Part shown: positions 1 to 9,910 of the stretch, piece after piece | Numbering within the stretch: the stretch's first letter is position 1 | Layout of the letters: every line of letters starts with the position of its first letter | Source: an uncultured Candidatus Marinamargulisbacteria bacterium | GTDB taxonomy: Bacteria > Margulisbacteria > Riflemargulisbacteria > GWF2-35-9 | DNA length: 48,216 bases | NCBI GenBank assembly: GCA_964358175.1 | Contig: CAYHOI010000002.1 | Span: 1-48,216 of the forward strand | Direction: 5' to 3' | The notes under the pieces: model-generated | Database searches by the model: none | Seen by the model: the letters and a program-made list of their open reading frames with translations, nothing else | Told to the model about the DNA's origin: nothing | Position numbers and translations under genes: made by a program

Positions 1-70
1 ATCTTGAAGCTGTCCTCATCATTGATCAGCTGGCGACTTTGACGGAACCCTGACTGTGGATTGAAGCGAC

Positions 71-1645
71 CTATCTTCCGAAAGAACCCCTAACTTCGTT
101 AATCAATTCATCCAAAGATTTTGGTATCCAAGCCCCATCTTGTAACTTCAAACCATAACGTCCACCTAATAATGTTGATAATCCTTCATTCATTTTTAAC
201 GCCAGTTCACGAAGATTTTCAGGGTATTTCGGAGATTCTACTTGAATTCGGCTATTCATTAAGGTTTCAACAAACATCTTCGCAGCAAGAAAACGCTCGT
301 ACTTGTTCACTGCAATAATCGACTTATTGTCCATTAAACCAAGCACTTCCCACATAACCTGTTCAACTTGCTTATACGTGCCCATTACTTTCTTCTGTAC
401 GGAAATTCTGAGAGGTAAGGACTCAATAATTCTGTCAATATTTTCATCCAACCAATCCAAATTAAATAATCCAGTCGCATTATTAAAAAGAATTTCCCTC
501 TTTTGTTCAGCCGGACATTCCAAATTGTTTTTTTCAATTTCGCGCAAGGTCTCTTTTGAAATCGCACTCCCCAGATCACCGCAATCAATAAGACCTTTAT
601 CATCAACTTCAACAGCGATACCACCTTTTACATCTGACTCTGTTTTGAAACTAAAATCAAAAGCACCCTGCTTACCCGTCAAAGCCATGTAGGCAACCGT
701 CGCTTTTGCCACCAACGCCCCAAGATTATCAATGTTGCTAATATAAACAAACTTTTTACCCTGCTTACGCAGATCATGAAGGATAGTTTTTAACACTTGG
801 TAGACTTGACCATGCCCCCCTGGCATCGGCAATAACTCCCCATTTTCTTTAAAAAACACCTCCATCTCCTGATGTGATTTATTGGTAAATGTAGGCGACA
901 ACTTTTGTGAAGCTGTAGCAATCTTAGCAACATCAACCCCGACATATTCCGCTAACGGACGTATCCATTCTGATTTGGCATAATCCTCGACTGCTGTGGC
1001 AATAGTTGCATGGTTAAGGATACTGTCCATTTGAAATAGACTAATGAGTCCCTTTCCTTCTCCACGGGGAATATCCTTCCAAATCATGTATTTTAGATCT
1101 TCGATTAGAATAGCGCGTAGCTTCAAAGCCATGAAATGAAACCCCAATGAGCCATTAGGATTTATGTAGGCAGGCGTAATACCCTTGGGTTGTGTTTTAT
1201 ATGGAGCCATCTTATCGAAATAGGGTCGGTACAGGTCAAATAATTCCCCATATTCAGAAGAATTTTTATGGGGATCGAGATAACTGCTGGCAGAGCCCCC
1301 ATTTAAAAAACCATAACCAAGGTACGGAATCATCTCTGCGCCCAATCGTTTTAGTTGGTGATAGTCAAAAACCAGGCTCTCCCCCTCCACGCTTGCAAAA
1401 CGTTTTAGGCTTATATCAAAACCAAGGTTCTCAATATTTCGACGAGCCTCCTTAAAAGAAATCTTAAAGCCCAAAACCAAATTCACCACACGTTTGCCAT
1501 CAATCGTTGGAATATTTTTTGCCTCCATTGGTTTGACATGAGCATACTTGCCGCATCGTATATCCATTAAAAGCCGTCCAGCCTCCGTTGGATCGATGTG
1601 AACTTTTCGCATTTTATTAGCCACTTCTTCACTAAAAATTCCCAC
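71..1645 (-). CDS. UDPGP-family nucleotidyltransferase (eukaryotic-type UTP--sugar-1-phosphate uridylyltransferase-like), 524 aa
   Basis: The translation carries the ordered UDPGP (PF01704-type) motifs. These are FLNGGSASS (compare LNGGLGTSMG), MPGGHGQVY (compare PPGHGD), YISNIDNLGALV (compare SNIDNLGATVD of UGP2) and SDVKGGIA (compare DVKGGTL). The start is uncertain. The ORF begins with GTG at 1645, overlapping the rpoD TAG by 1 nt, and the first ATG is 11 codons downstream. Confidence 0.7.
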   Translation of the reverse strand: MGIFSEEVANKMRKVHIDPTEAGRLLMDIRCGKYAHVKPMEAKNIPTIDGKRVVNLVLGFKISFKEARRNIENLGFDISLKRFASVEGESLVFDYHQLKRLGAEMIPYLGYGFLNGGSASSYLDPHKNSSEYGELFDLYRPYFDKMAPYKTQPKGITPAYINPNGSLGFHFMALKLRAILIEDLKYMIWKDIPRGEGKGLISLFQMDSILNHATIATAVEDYAKSEWIRPLAEYVGVDVAKIATASQKLSPTFTNKSHQEMEVFFKENGELLPMPGGHGQVYQVLKTILHDLRKQGKKFVYISNIDNLGALVAKATVAYMALTGKQGAFDFSFKTESDVKGGIAVEVDDKGLIDCGDLGSAISKETLREIEKNNLECPAEQKREILFNNATGLFNLDWLDENIDRIIESLPLRISVQKKVMGTYKQVEQVMWEVLGLMDNKSIIAVNKYERFLAAKMFVETLMNSRIQVESPKYPENLRELALKMNEGLSTLLGGRYGLKLQDGAWIPKSLDELINEVRGSFGR

Positions 1646-2646
1646 TACAAATACGAGGCCATATGGCTGTCCTTGGTCTGGAAGCGAAGCTTTTCCAGAG
1701 CTTTGGACTCGATTTGACGAATTCTCTCGCGGGTGACATTGTACACATGGCCAACTTCCTCGAGTGTACGAGGCATCCCGTCATGAAGGCCGAATCGCAA
1801 CCGAAGCACCATTTGTTCCCGTTCGGTAAGATAGGTACTCAGCACGCGTTCAAGATCTTCCCGTAGCAAATCCGCGAGCACCTTTTCCTCGGGATTCTTG
1901 GAGGAATCCCCCTCCACAATATCCGACAAATTGTTGCTGTCATCATCCCCGATAGGCGTCTCCAAAGAAATCGGCAACTGTGAAATCTTCACCAGCTCGC
2001 GAATCTTGTGAACCGGAATCTCGCTCAAGGCGGACAACTCTTCATCCGTCGGTTTTCGCTTGTTTTCCTGAACAAACATCTTGGAGATTTTCTTGAGCTT
2101 ATTAATCGTCTCGACCACATGCACTGGCAATCGAATAGAGCGGGACTGATCCGCAATGGCACGAGTGATCGCTTGTCGAATCCACCAGGTCGCATAGGTG
2201 GAAAACTTATAGCCTTTTTTGTAGTCGTATTTCTCAACGGCTTTCATAAGCCCAATATTGCCCTCCTGAATCAAATCCAGAAAAGATAATCCTCGGCCGT
2301 TGTAGCGTTTGGCAATACTCACGACCAGTCGAAGGTTCGCACGAATGAGCTGCTTTCGTGCCTCATCATCATTTTCATCCTGAATCCTTCGCGCAATCTC
2401 TAATTCCTCCGGGGGTGTGAGTAGCTTGATACGACCGATCTCCTTCAAATAGGTTTTGATAGAGTCGAATCGTTCAGAGGAAACAACCTCTTCAATTTCC
2501 TCGAGTTCTTTCTCTGCTTCAATCTCCTGATCTTCTACCACCACGACATCGATTTCATCGATATCTACTTCGGTTTTATCAAGGAGATCGACAAGGGGAT
2601 ACTCTTTGACGAGGCTCATATCTTCAGCGGGGATTTCGATATTCAT
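1645..2646 (-). CDS. rpoD: RNA polymerase sigma-70 family factor, probable primary sigma (short, 333 aa)
   Basis: Region 1.2 is present ([17 protein letters not shown]). Region 2 is present ([61 protein letters not shown]). Region 4 HTH is present ([28 protein letters not shown]). The gene sits directly downstream of dnaG with an ATGA start/stop overlap at 2643..2646. Confidence 0.9.
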   Translation of the reverse strand: MNIEIPAEDMSLVKEYPLVDLLDKTEVDIDEIDVVVVEDQEIEAEKELEEIEEVVSSERFDSIKTYLKEIGRIKLLTPPEELEIARRIQDENDDEARKQLIRANLRLVVSIAKRYNGRGLSFLDLIQEGNIGLMKAVEKYDYKKGYKFSTYATWWIRQAITRAIADQSRSIRLPVHVVETINKLKKISKMFVQENKRKPTDEELSALSEIPVHKIRELVKISQLPISLETPIGDDDSNNLSDIVEGDSSKNPEEKVLADLLREDLERVLSTYLTEREQMVLRLRFGLHDGMPRTLEEVGHVYNVTRERIRQIESKALEKLRFQTKDSHMASYL

Positions 2647-4370
2647 GGTTGTCTAATCAGCTTACTCAGTTCTGCTTGCTGCTGTTGTAGTTTATCAAAA
2701 TCCCCCATTTTTTCAAGTCTCTTTATTTCACTCTTCAGGAACAACACCTTCTGGTCACGCCGGCGTTGAGAAAATGACTTAACTGCCTCCTGTAAATAGG
2801 GAGCCTTTTGTTCAATAGGTTCCTGCATTGCCAGCTGAGCAATACGCTTGGACAGCTCAGGTTCAGCCAAATTGACAAGTTTATCCACGGGCTCCTGCAT
2901 ATGATCACCCAAAAACCGAAAGATCTCTTGATGCATCGTCGACTCAAAGTCATCCAAACTAAACTCTGACAAGTGGGCTACACGAAGATCTGGATCGTTC
3001 AGGAGAATGGAAAAAACTTCTTGCTCCAATTTCATGTACTTATCCTGCTTTTTCTGAAGGGTTGGAAGATGCTTCAACTTCATGTTAAATAAAGAATAAT
3101 CATAAAACTTACTTTTGATCAATTCGATGTCGAGGGAGAGTAGCGTGGCAATAAGGCCGATGTATTCGCTGCGAATAAGGTCATCCTGCTCCGTCAGAAA
3201 AGCCCGGATCTCTTTGATAATGCGCAATTTATCCTCAATTGGAAGTCTCGCTGCATCTTCACCATATCGTTTCGCTGCGGCAAAGATCATATATTTTATC
3301 AGGGGAAAAGCTACTCTCTTCTGCTCATCAAATCCTCCCTTACCATAAGTTCTTATAAAGTCATCCGGGTCTTTTTGGCCCAGCAAATCAATCACCTTTA
3401 CTTCGCAATGTGTGTGACCAAGCACCTCCAAAGAACGCTCAACAGCCTTTCGGCCAGCCTCATCCGAATCAAAGCACAAAAATAGCCTGTTAGAAAAACG
3501 CTCAGCAAGCTTGGCTTGCTGAATCGTAAATGACGTTCCCAAAGAGGCTGCCACATTTTTGACCCCAGCCTCAAACAGCGAAATCGCATCCATGTAACCC
3601 TCAACAATCACCAAACTATCCGCCTCTTTAATAAACGGCTTTACGTGAACCAGGCCATACAGGTGCTGGCTCTTATGATAAATCGGGGTTTCGGGCGAGT
3701 TGATGTACTTGGCAGGATCATTTCCCAGCGTTCGCCCGCCGAAAGCAATCAATCGGTTCTGGAGATCGAAAATGGGAAACATCAATCGATCCGTAAACCG
3801 CTCTATCAGCCCGTTTGAGGTCTGAATAAACAAGCCACTATCCAATAAGACCTGATCAGAAAAAGTCCGACTCAACTCCGAATACAAATTTGAAGATCCC
3901 TTGAGTCCGGTATACCCCAAGGCAAAGATTTCCAGAGTTTCTTGAGCCAATCCCCGCTTGGCGATATAAGCGCTCACTCGAGCCTCTGTCATCTGGGTTC
4001 GGTAGATCTCTTGCGCCGCCTTCAAACAGTCATAGAGTGGCTGAACGCTTCGCTTATCGGCAGATCGGTCTTGAGAGAATTCAGGCAAGATAACCCCCGT
4101 ACGAGTCGCAAGCATCTGAAGGGTCTCTGGAAAGCTGAGTTGCTCCATTTTCATCAAAAAGTGGAACACATTCCCACCTTCTCCGCACCCGAAGCAATGC
4201 CATATGTTTTTGACAGGGTTCACCGTAAACGATGGAGTTTTCTCTTGATGAAAGGGACACAATCCTAGGTAGTTCTGTCCCCTTTTCTTGAGACGAACAT
4301 ACTGATTGACGACATCAGCGATATCCGTCTTTTCACGAATGGTGTTGATGGTAAAGTCATCAACCATCAT
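2643..4370 (-). CDS. dnaG: DNA primase DnaG
   Basis: CHC2 zinc finger [36 protein letters not shown] motifs [12 protein letters not shown] and [10 protein letters not shown]. The ORF is open back to an ATG at 4412. I prefer the ATG at 4370 because GGGAGG lies 6 nt upstream (4377..4382) and the resulting N-terminus [21 protein letters not shown] looks canonical for DnaG. Confidence 0.93.
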   Translation of the reverse strand: MMVDDFTINTIREKTDIADVVNQYVRLKKRGQNYLGLCPFHQEKTPSFTVNPVKNIWHCFGCGEGGNVFHFLMKMEQLSFPETLQMLATRTGVILPEFSQDRSADKRSVQPLYDCLKAAQEIYRTQMTEARVSAYIAKRGLAQETLEIFALGYTGLKGSSNLYSELSRTFSDQVLLDSGLFIQTSNGLIERFTDRLMFPIFDLQNRLIAFGGRTLGNDPAKYINSPETPIYHKSQHLYGLVHVKPFIKEADSLVIVEGYMDAISLFEAGVKNVAASLGTSFTIQQAKLAERFSNRLFLCFDSDEAGRKAVERSLEVLGHTHCEVKVIDLLGQKDPDDFIRTYGKGGFDEQKRVAFPLIKYMIFAAAKRYGEDAARLPIEDKLRIIKEIRAFLTEQDDLIRSEYIGLIATLLSLDIELIKSKFYDYSLFNMKLKHLPTLQKKQDKYMKLEQEVFSILLNDPDLRVAHLSEFSLDDFESTMHQEIFRFLGDHMQEPVDKLVNLAEPELSKRIAQLAMQEPIEQKAPYLQEAVKSFSQRRRDQKVLFLKSEIKRLEKMGDFDKLQQQQAELSKLIRQP

Positions 4371-4385
4371 TGATGACCTCCCTAC

Positions 4386-4409
4386 CCCTCTCTGAAAAAA
4401 CAGAGGGGG
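4386..4409 (-). promoter_or_regulatory. Imperfect stem-loop between the ppdK stop and the dnaG ribosome-binding site (function unknown)
   Basis: On the minus-strand RNA: CCC(C)CUCUG-UUUUUU-CAGAG(A)GGG. That is 5 bp plus 3 bp around a single mismatch, with a U6 loop, ending just before the GGGAGG of dnaG. No U-tract follows the stem. Confidence 0.25.
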
Positions 4410-4432
4410 CATAGGGAAGGGCTCTCACTCGG

Positions 4433-7219
4433 TTATTTTCTCGCTTTAATGGCGGCATGCGCAGCAGCCAATCGAGCAATCGGCACTCGGTAAGGTGAAC
4501 AGCTTACATAATGGAGTCCAATCTTATGACAAAATTCAATGGTATGGGGCTCCCCGCCATGTTCACCACAGATTCCAAGTTTCATTTCGGGGCGAACCTT
4601 CTTGCCTTTTTCGATAGCAATCTTCATCAGCTCACCAACGCCTGCCTGATCTAACACCTGGAAGGGATCGTAGTCATAGATTCCCTGCTCAACGTATTCC
4701 CCTAAGAAATTGCCAGAGTCATCCCGGCTGAATCCGCAGGTCATCTGGGTCAGATCATTCGTTCCAAAAGAAAAAAACTCCGCTTCTGTCGCAATCGCCT
4801 CAGCCGTGATCGCCGCACGAGGCACCTCGATCATGGTTCCGATCATATAATCTATGCCAATACACGCAGTCGCGAGCTCCTCATTAATAATACGAATACA
4901 ATTCTCCTTGAGAATGCTGAGTTCTTTCACGTCTCCAATGAGTGGAATCATAATTTCAGGCACAATGTCCTTGCCCTGTTTCTTGATTTCAATAGCTGCC
5001 AGGATAATGGCTCGAAACTGCATATCATAGATCTCGGGATAAGTGATTCCCAAACGGCAGCCACGATGGCCCAACATAGGATTAAACTCATGCAAGGACT
5101 GAGCCTTTATCTTCAATGTCTCGAAAGTCACACCCATCTCAGCGGCCAACTCTCTGATTTCCTCATCCTTGTGCGGAAGAAACTCATGGAGGGGCGGGTC
5201 AAGCAGACGAATCGTGACCGGTAGTCCATCCATTGCCTCGAAAATGCCGACAAAATCCTCTTTCTGCATCGGCAAAAGTTTAGCCAAAGCCTTTTCACGA
5301 CCTTCGCGGTCTGAGGCTAAAATCATTTCACGAACAGATTTGATACGATCTCCGCCAAAAAACATGTGCTCCGTCCGACAAAGTCCGATTCCTTCGGCAC
5401 CGAAAAGCCGCGCAATCTGTGCCTGATCCGGTTGATCCGCGTTGGTACGAATGGTGAGTGTTTTGTACAGATCCGTAGACTTCATCAAAAGTTCATACTC
5501 CTGATACAGTTCTGATTCTGATGGAGCGAGAGTCTTGTCAAGCATTACCTGTAATATCTCGGACGGAATCGTTTTGATTTTACCGATGATCACCTCGCCA
5601 GTAAATCCATCAATGGAGAGATAATCCCCCTGATTTACCACTTGATTGTCTACAGAAAGTTGTTGCTTTTCATAATCAATATGAAGTTTTCCGCAACCCG
5701 CAACACACACAGTTCCAAGCTGACGAGCAACCACAGCCGCATGGGATGTCGCCCCGCCCATTGCTGTCAGAATTCCTTCAGCAGCGATCATCCCTTTAAT
5801 ATCTTCTGGGGTCGTTTCAATACGCACCAGAATGACGGTTTCCTTACGCTTCTCCACAGCCTCTACGCAGTCTGCTGCAGAAAAATATACTTTGCCGGAC
5901 GCCGCACCTGGACCTGCATTGAGTCCACGAGCAACAATCCGTCCTTCTGCTCGGGCTTTTTCTTTGTCCTCACGATCAAAAACAGGACGCAACACCTCAT
6001 TGAGCTGATCAGGATTTACGCGCAGAACAGCTTCCTGGGCTGAGATCATTCCTTCTTTCAACATATCTGCAGCACATTTAATCGCCGCGAATCCGGTACG
6101 TTTACCATTACGGGTTTGTAGCATATACAGCTTGCCCTCCTGGATGGTGAACTCCATATCCTGCATATCTCGGTAATGCTGTTCCAGAAGATTCTTATAG
6201 TCGATCAATTGACCATAAGCCTCGGGCATCAGTTCTTCTAGCGAAGGATATTTCTCGCGACGCTCTGCTTCAGAGATTCCGCTGTTTTGTGACCATTCAC
6301 GAGAAGATTCCAAAGAAATCTTCTGAGGGGTACGAATACCCGCGACCACATCCTCGCCTTGAGCATTAATCAAAAACTCGCCGTAAAACTTGTTTTCACC
6401 ATCCGCAGGATTACGTGAGAAACAGACTCCCGTCGCAGAGGTCTCGCCCATGTTTCCGAACACCATCGCCTGAACGTTCACCGCCGTACCCAAAAGACCT
6501 TTGATATTGTACTTTTGGCGATAGACAATCGCACGCTCATTTTGCCAGGAGTTGAAGACAGCCGCAATCGATGCCCACAGCTGTGCTCGTGGCTCTTGGG
6601 GGAAATCTTCATGCTTATGTTCTTTATAAATAGTTTTATAGGTATCAACCAAGGTTTTCAGCTCATCTGCACTGAGGTCGGTATCCTTCACTTCCTTGGG
6701 ATTTCGGCCAGTCCGCTGTGCCAGCTCATTCTTGGCATGTGTCAACGCTTCCTCAAAGTAGTGTTTGGACACGTCCATGGCCACATCAGAAAACATCTGG
6801 ATAAATCTGCGGTACGAATCCCAGGCAAATCGTGGATTATTGGTCTTTCGAATCAGTCCCTCTACAACCGCGTCATTGATCCCAAGATTGAGAATGGTAT
6901 CCATCATCCCAGGCATCGATTCTTTTGCGCCAGATCGAACAGACACGAGCAGTGGATTGCTCGGATCTCCCAGCTTCATCCCCATCGCACTTTCAAGACT
7001 CGTAATATGCGCCTCCACTTCGGCATTCAGCTCAGGAGGCATCGTTTTTTCATGTTTATAAAAGCTGTCACAGACCTCCGTCGTAATCGTGAATCCCGCA
7101 GGTACGGCCACCCCAGAATTCGTCATCTCGGCAAGCCCAGCACCTTTACCGCCAAGCAAATCTTTCATCGTGCCATGTCCATCGGCTTTACCGTTCCCAA
7201 AAAAATAAACGTGCTTCAT
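4433..7219 (-). CDS. ppdK: Pyruvate, phosphate dikinase
   Basis: Canonical N-terminus MKHVYFFGNGKADGHGTMKDLLGGKGAGLAEM. Phosphohistidine loop GGATSHAAVVARQLG. C-terminal LGICGEHGGEP. ATG at 7219 has AGGAGG 7 nt upstream (7227..7232). An in-frame alternative ATG at 7324 has the same AGGAGG spacing. The ORF track extends to 7399. Confidence 0.95.
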   Translation of the reverse strand: MKHVYFFGNGKADGHGTMKDLLGGKGAGLAEMTNSGVAVPAGFTITTEVCDSFYKHEKTMPPELNAEVEAHITSLESAMGMKLGDPSNPLLVSVRSGAKESMPGMMDTILNLGINDAVVEGLIRKTNNPRFAWDSYRRFIQMFSDVAMDVSKHYFEEALTHAKNELAQRTGRNPKEVKDTDLSADELKTLVDTYKTIYKEHKHEDFPQEPRAQLWASIAAVFNSWQNERAIVYRQKYNIKGLLGTAVNVQAMVFGNMGETSATGVCFSRNPADGENKFYGEFLINAQGEDVVAGIRTPQKISLESSREWSQNSGISEAERREKYPSLEELMPEAYGQLIDYKNLLEQHYRDMQDMEFTIQEGKLYMLQTRNGKRTGFAAIKCAADMLKEGMISAQEAVLRVNPDQLNEVLRPVFDREDKEKARAEGRIVARGLNAGPGAASGKVYFSAADCVEAVEKRKETVILVRIETTPEDIKGMIAAEGILTAMGGATSHAAVVARQLGTVCVAGCGKLHIDYEKQQLSVDNQVVNQGDYLSIDGFTGEVIIGKIKTIPSEILQVMLDKTLAPSESELYQEYELLMKSTDLYKTLTIRTNADQPDQAQIARLFGAEGIGLCRTEHMFFGGDRIKSVREMILASDREGREKALAKLLPMQKEDFVGIFEAMDGLPVTIRLLDPPLHEFLPHKDEEIRELAAEMGVTFETLKIKAQSLHEFNPMLGHRGCRLGITYPEIYDMQFRAIILAAIEIKKQGKDIVPEIMIPLIGDVKELSILKENCIRIINEELATACIGIDYMIGTMIEVPRAAITAEAIATEAEFFSFGTNDLTQMTCGFSRDDSGNFLGEYVEQGIYDYDPFQVLDQAGVGELMKIAIEKGKKVRPEMKLGICGEHGGEPHTIEFCHKIGLHYVSCSPYRVPIARLAAAHAAIKARK

Positions 7220-7226
7220 CTGTTTT

Positions 7227-7232
7227 CCTCCT
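7227..7232 (-). promoter_or_regulatory. Shine-Dalgarno AGGAGG for ppdK
   Basis: The reverse complement of cctcct is AGGAGG, 7 nt before the ATG at 7219. Confidence 0.6.
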
Positions 7233-7362
7233 ATGACTTGATAATCGATCGTTGAACCTGCGGGAACAGTATATGTTGCGCCCTCAGCCTGGCTAATCTC
7301 AGTGCGATCCTGTGTTTCGTTCATGCTTCTTCCTCCTATTATTTGTTCTGAACTGCTTTTGG

Positions 7363-7395
7363 AATCCGTTTGCTGTTTCAAGCACAAAACGGATT
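7363..7395 (-). promoter_or_regulatory. Stem-loop in the FapA-ppdK intergenic region (function unknown)
   Basis: Perfect 9-bp inverted repeat, aatccgttt (7363..7371) with aaacggatt (7387..7395), and a 15-nt loop. It lies ~50 nt downstream of the FapA-like stop codon. No U-tract follows on either strand. Confidence 0.3.
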
Positions 7396-7444
7396 TCATT
7401 GTAGCGTAAAGCGTCTCATTCGGCTATTGGATTTTTACGAACTC

Positions 7445-8878
7445 TCACCCTTGATTCGTATGCATATACCCCATGACCGTTATCTCCCGTTTCACGACAG
7501 TTATTGTGTTGCCGGTCATAATATATTTGACATCAAAAAACTCATGATCCAGCCACATCTCAACACCCGGGTAGAGCTCTTTGCCTACAGAGAGCTTAGG
7601 CGCCCGGTCGTCGGCCAACAGCTTCTCAACTTCTTCTTTTTCTTCACAATGTTTTACTCGATCCTGCTCTGCCTGAGCCAAAACAATCCGAACATCCTTA
7701 AACTCTGTTAATGTCTTCTGAAACTGTTGTTCACTTCGTTCGGGATCAGCTTTGAGCCGTTGAATCATTTTGGCAAGTTTTTGAATTTGTTGTTGATTCT
7801 TTACACTTTCAGCATCCAGGGATTGAATCTTTTCCTGGAGGAGCTTAAGTCGGCTTTCTAGTTCAGGGCGATTGCCAATTCTCAGATGGGTCTTGATTTC
7901 AAGATGCGTCCCCACGACTTTAGCCTGAATCAGATATTTCGCCTGAAGATGCCCGCCGGCAATGAGCCCATCTTCCCGGTCACAGAAGATAGAGTGCCCC
8001 GCGATGACGTTACACTGTCGAATAAGTCGATTCACGTACACCGATCCTTTTGCCTCCAGATGGGCACTTTCAGCAAAAGCAATGTGAATATCAGCTCCTG
8101 CCTTCAGCGAACCCTGGTTCCCTCCGATGATTCCATGGAGTCCAGTAATGCTACCCCCAGCAACTATTTGGGCTGCCTCAATGGAGCCCTCAATAATAAT
8201 ATTTCCCGTTGCCTCAAGATTAAAATGACTGCTCACATTTCCTTTTATTCGCACATCTCCTTGATAATGAATATTTCCGGTCGAAATATCCACGTCACCC
8301 TCTATGACATAGAGCGTTTCAACCATCACAGTGTCGTTGATCAACTTTGGAGCTCCGCCAACGGCGGCATAGTACTCAAGCCCAGACTCGGAACGCTTTA
8401 CGTTGGCTCCGGCTTTGAGAACACAATCTTTGCCATCACTTGAGGGCAACTCTCTGCCATAGACCGTAAACCCATGCCCTTTCGAAACCGTTGCGGGTAT
8501 CTTCTTGGCAATCAATGTTTGGGCATCGACATGAGGAAAGACCGCCAGTTCATGCTGATCCACTGAGCCATCTTCTCTCTTTTTGGGCTCGGGCTTTTTG
8601 GGATTGGTGTCAAAATAGAAAATGATCCTGGCATCTTGTCCGATAATCGGATGTTTTCCGACTGCAGCGACAAACTCTTTATCGAAATGCTTGTCTTGAA
8701 TGTGTTTTTCAATCTCTTTGTGTTCAATACCGAAAACAATCTTGTGAGACTCCAGCACCCGAAAAATATCTGTTGCTTCGATATTTTGGCAATCACCCGG
8801 CACTATCATGGTCACGATCATGTCTTGATGCAGAACTCTAACCTGGATTTTTGCAAGGTTTTCTTCAGTTTCGGCCAT
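7445..8878 (-). CDS. FapA/DUF342-family protein (beta-solenoid plus coiled coil), 477 aa
   Basis: Typical FapA beta-solenoid pattern IEGDVDISTGNIHYQGDVRIKGNVSSHFNLEATGNIIIEGSIEAAQIVAGGSITGLHGIIGG...LIAGGHLQAKYLIQAKVVG. A Q/K/E-rich coiled-coil segment follows (LKLLQEKIQSLDAESVKNQQQIQKLAKMIQRLK). Confidence 0.75.
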   Translation of the reverse strand: MAETEENLAKIQVRVLHQDMIVTMIVPGDCQNIEATDIFRVLESHKIVFGIEHKEIEKHIQDKHFDKEFVAAVGKHPIIGQDARIIFYFDTNPKKPEPKKREDGSVDQHELAVFPHVDAQTLIAKKIPATVSKGHGFTVYGRELPSSDGKDCVLKAGANVKRSESGLEYYAAVGGAPKLINDTVMVETLYVIEGDVDISTGNIHYQGDVRIKGNVSSHFNLEATGNIIIEGSIEAAQIVAGGSITGLHGIIGGNQGSLKAGADIHIAFAESAHLEAKGSVYVNRLIRQCNVIAGHSIFCDREDGLIAGGHLQAKYLIQAKVVGTHLEIKTHLRIGNRPELESRLKLLQEKIQSLDAESVKNQQQIQKLAKMIQRLKADPERSEQQFQKTLTEFKDVRIVLAQAEQDRVKHCEEKEEVEKLLADDRAPKLSVGKELYPGVEMWLDHEFFDVKYIMTGNTITVVKREITVMGYMHTNQG

Positions 8879-8902
8879 TTTCAGATTGTGCCAGATATTC
8901 GT

Positions 8903-9850
8903 CTATTTTGCTATAGCCCGTGGAACACCCATCTTAAATCGGACATCAGGAACAAAATCATGATTCTGTGGGGGAACGCCGACTACCTGGTACGGCGTGC
9001 GCGCCCAGACTTGTGAACCCCATATCGCTTCGTATACAGCCTCTTCGGAATAACTCAGCGTCTTGACCCCACAGGACTCCAGTAATGCTTTGGTCTGCGA
9101 AAGTGGCAAGCCTATCGCCACGAAAGGGTCTCCAGAAATTCTTCGCGTAATCGACACAATCTCAGGCTCTTGTAGCCCATAACAACCCGCTTTGCCCTCC
9201 GGACCGCGCCCCAAAGTCCACTTTCTCGATAAAGAGATATATCCCCTCAAAAGCTCAACAATCTCAGGCGTCTGTGCAAAGAACTCGATCTCGACGCTAT
9301 CCTGAACAATGTGTAATTTGTTTTGAATCGAATCATAAACAACCATGCTGGTAGAAACCGTTTGGCTCTTTCCCAGGAGTCCCGTTAAAATATCCTGAGC
9401 ATGAAGGAGTCGCTCCTCAAGCGTATCTCCTGGAGCCTTCCCGACCAAATCTCCATTTTCCAGCATAATCAGCGTATCGCTCCCCAGCACCGCTCTTCCC
9501 TCAAGCGCACACCCTCGAATAAGGGGTAGCACCTTCATTACGGCGATCGTTTTGGTGAGCGTCGAAAGTGGCAAGCCCTTCTGTGCAAGAAGCTCTCTGG
9601 TCGGAGATTTTTTCGTAACGGTCTTTACGCCAAGCACTTCTTCGATAAAATACTTGCGCCTGGGCGATTGCGAAGCCAACACCAAGCAATCCCGCTGTAA
9701 CTGCGTTCTGTCAGCCTTGCAACGTCCGGCAATTGACTCCACTAATTTGCAGACCGAAGAGTCGCCTTCCTTTTCAAAAAGATCTGCAATCCAGTCAGTT
9801 CTCTCTTGCTCGCCAAGTGTCAAAAATTTCGGGGTGTCCATGGGACTCAT
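8903..9850 (-). CDS. maf: Maf-like nucleoside triphosphate pyrophosphatase with N- and C-terminal extensions, 315 aa
   Basis: Maf signatures LVLASQSPRRKYF, GSDTLIMLENGDLVGKAPG and GKAGCYGLQE...ISGDPFVAIGLPL. About 55 extra residues lie before the core and about 45 after it. No clear SD was seen; an alternative ATG lies 3 codons downstream. Confidence 0.85.
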   Translation of the reverse strand: MSPMDTPKFLTLGEQERTDWIADLFEKEGDSSVCKLVESIAGRCKADRTQLQRDCLVLASQSPRRKYFIEEVLGVKTVTKKSPTRELLAQKGLPLSTLTKTIAVMKVLPLIRGCALEGRAVLGSDTLIMLENGDLVGKAPGDTLEERLLHAQDILTGLLGKSQTVSTSMVVYDSIQNKLHIVQDSVEIEFFAQTPEIVELLRGYISLSRKWTLGRGPEGKAGCYGLQEPEIVSITRRISGDPFVAIGLPLSQTKALLESCGVKTLSYSEEAVYEAIWGSQVWARTPYQVVGVPPQNHDFVPDVRFKMGVPRAIAK

Positions 9851-9910
9851 TCTTGTGGCAGTCGAGCGGGTTTGTCAACGCTACAATGTTAGCCTCTGAG
9901 CAATTCGCTC

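Noticed and set aside
7220-7399. ORF-track start of ppdK at 7399 (988 aa)
   Set aside because: There is no RBS at 7399, and the extra residues (MKSVLCLKQQTDSKSS...) have no counterpart in PPDK. Two downstream ATGs have perfect AGGAGG sites, and 7219 reproduces the canonical N-terminus.
7398-9888. Shared 11-mer cattgtagcgt (7398..7408 on the plus strand, 9878..9888 on the minus strand) as a possible regulatory box
   Set aside because: Hundreds of 11-mer coincidences are expected by chance in a 48-kb window when both strands are considered. The flanks show no extended similarity.
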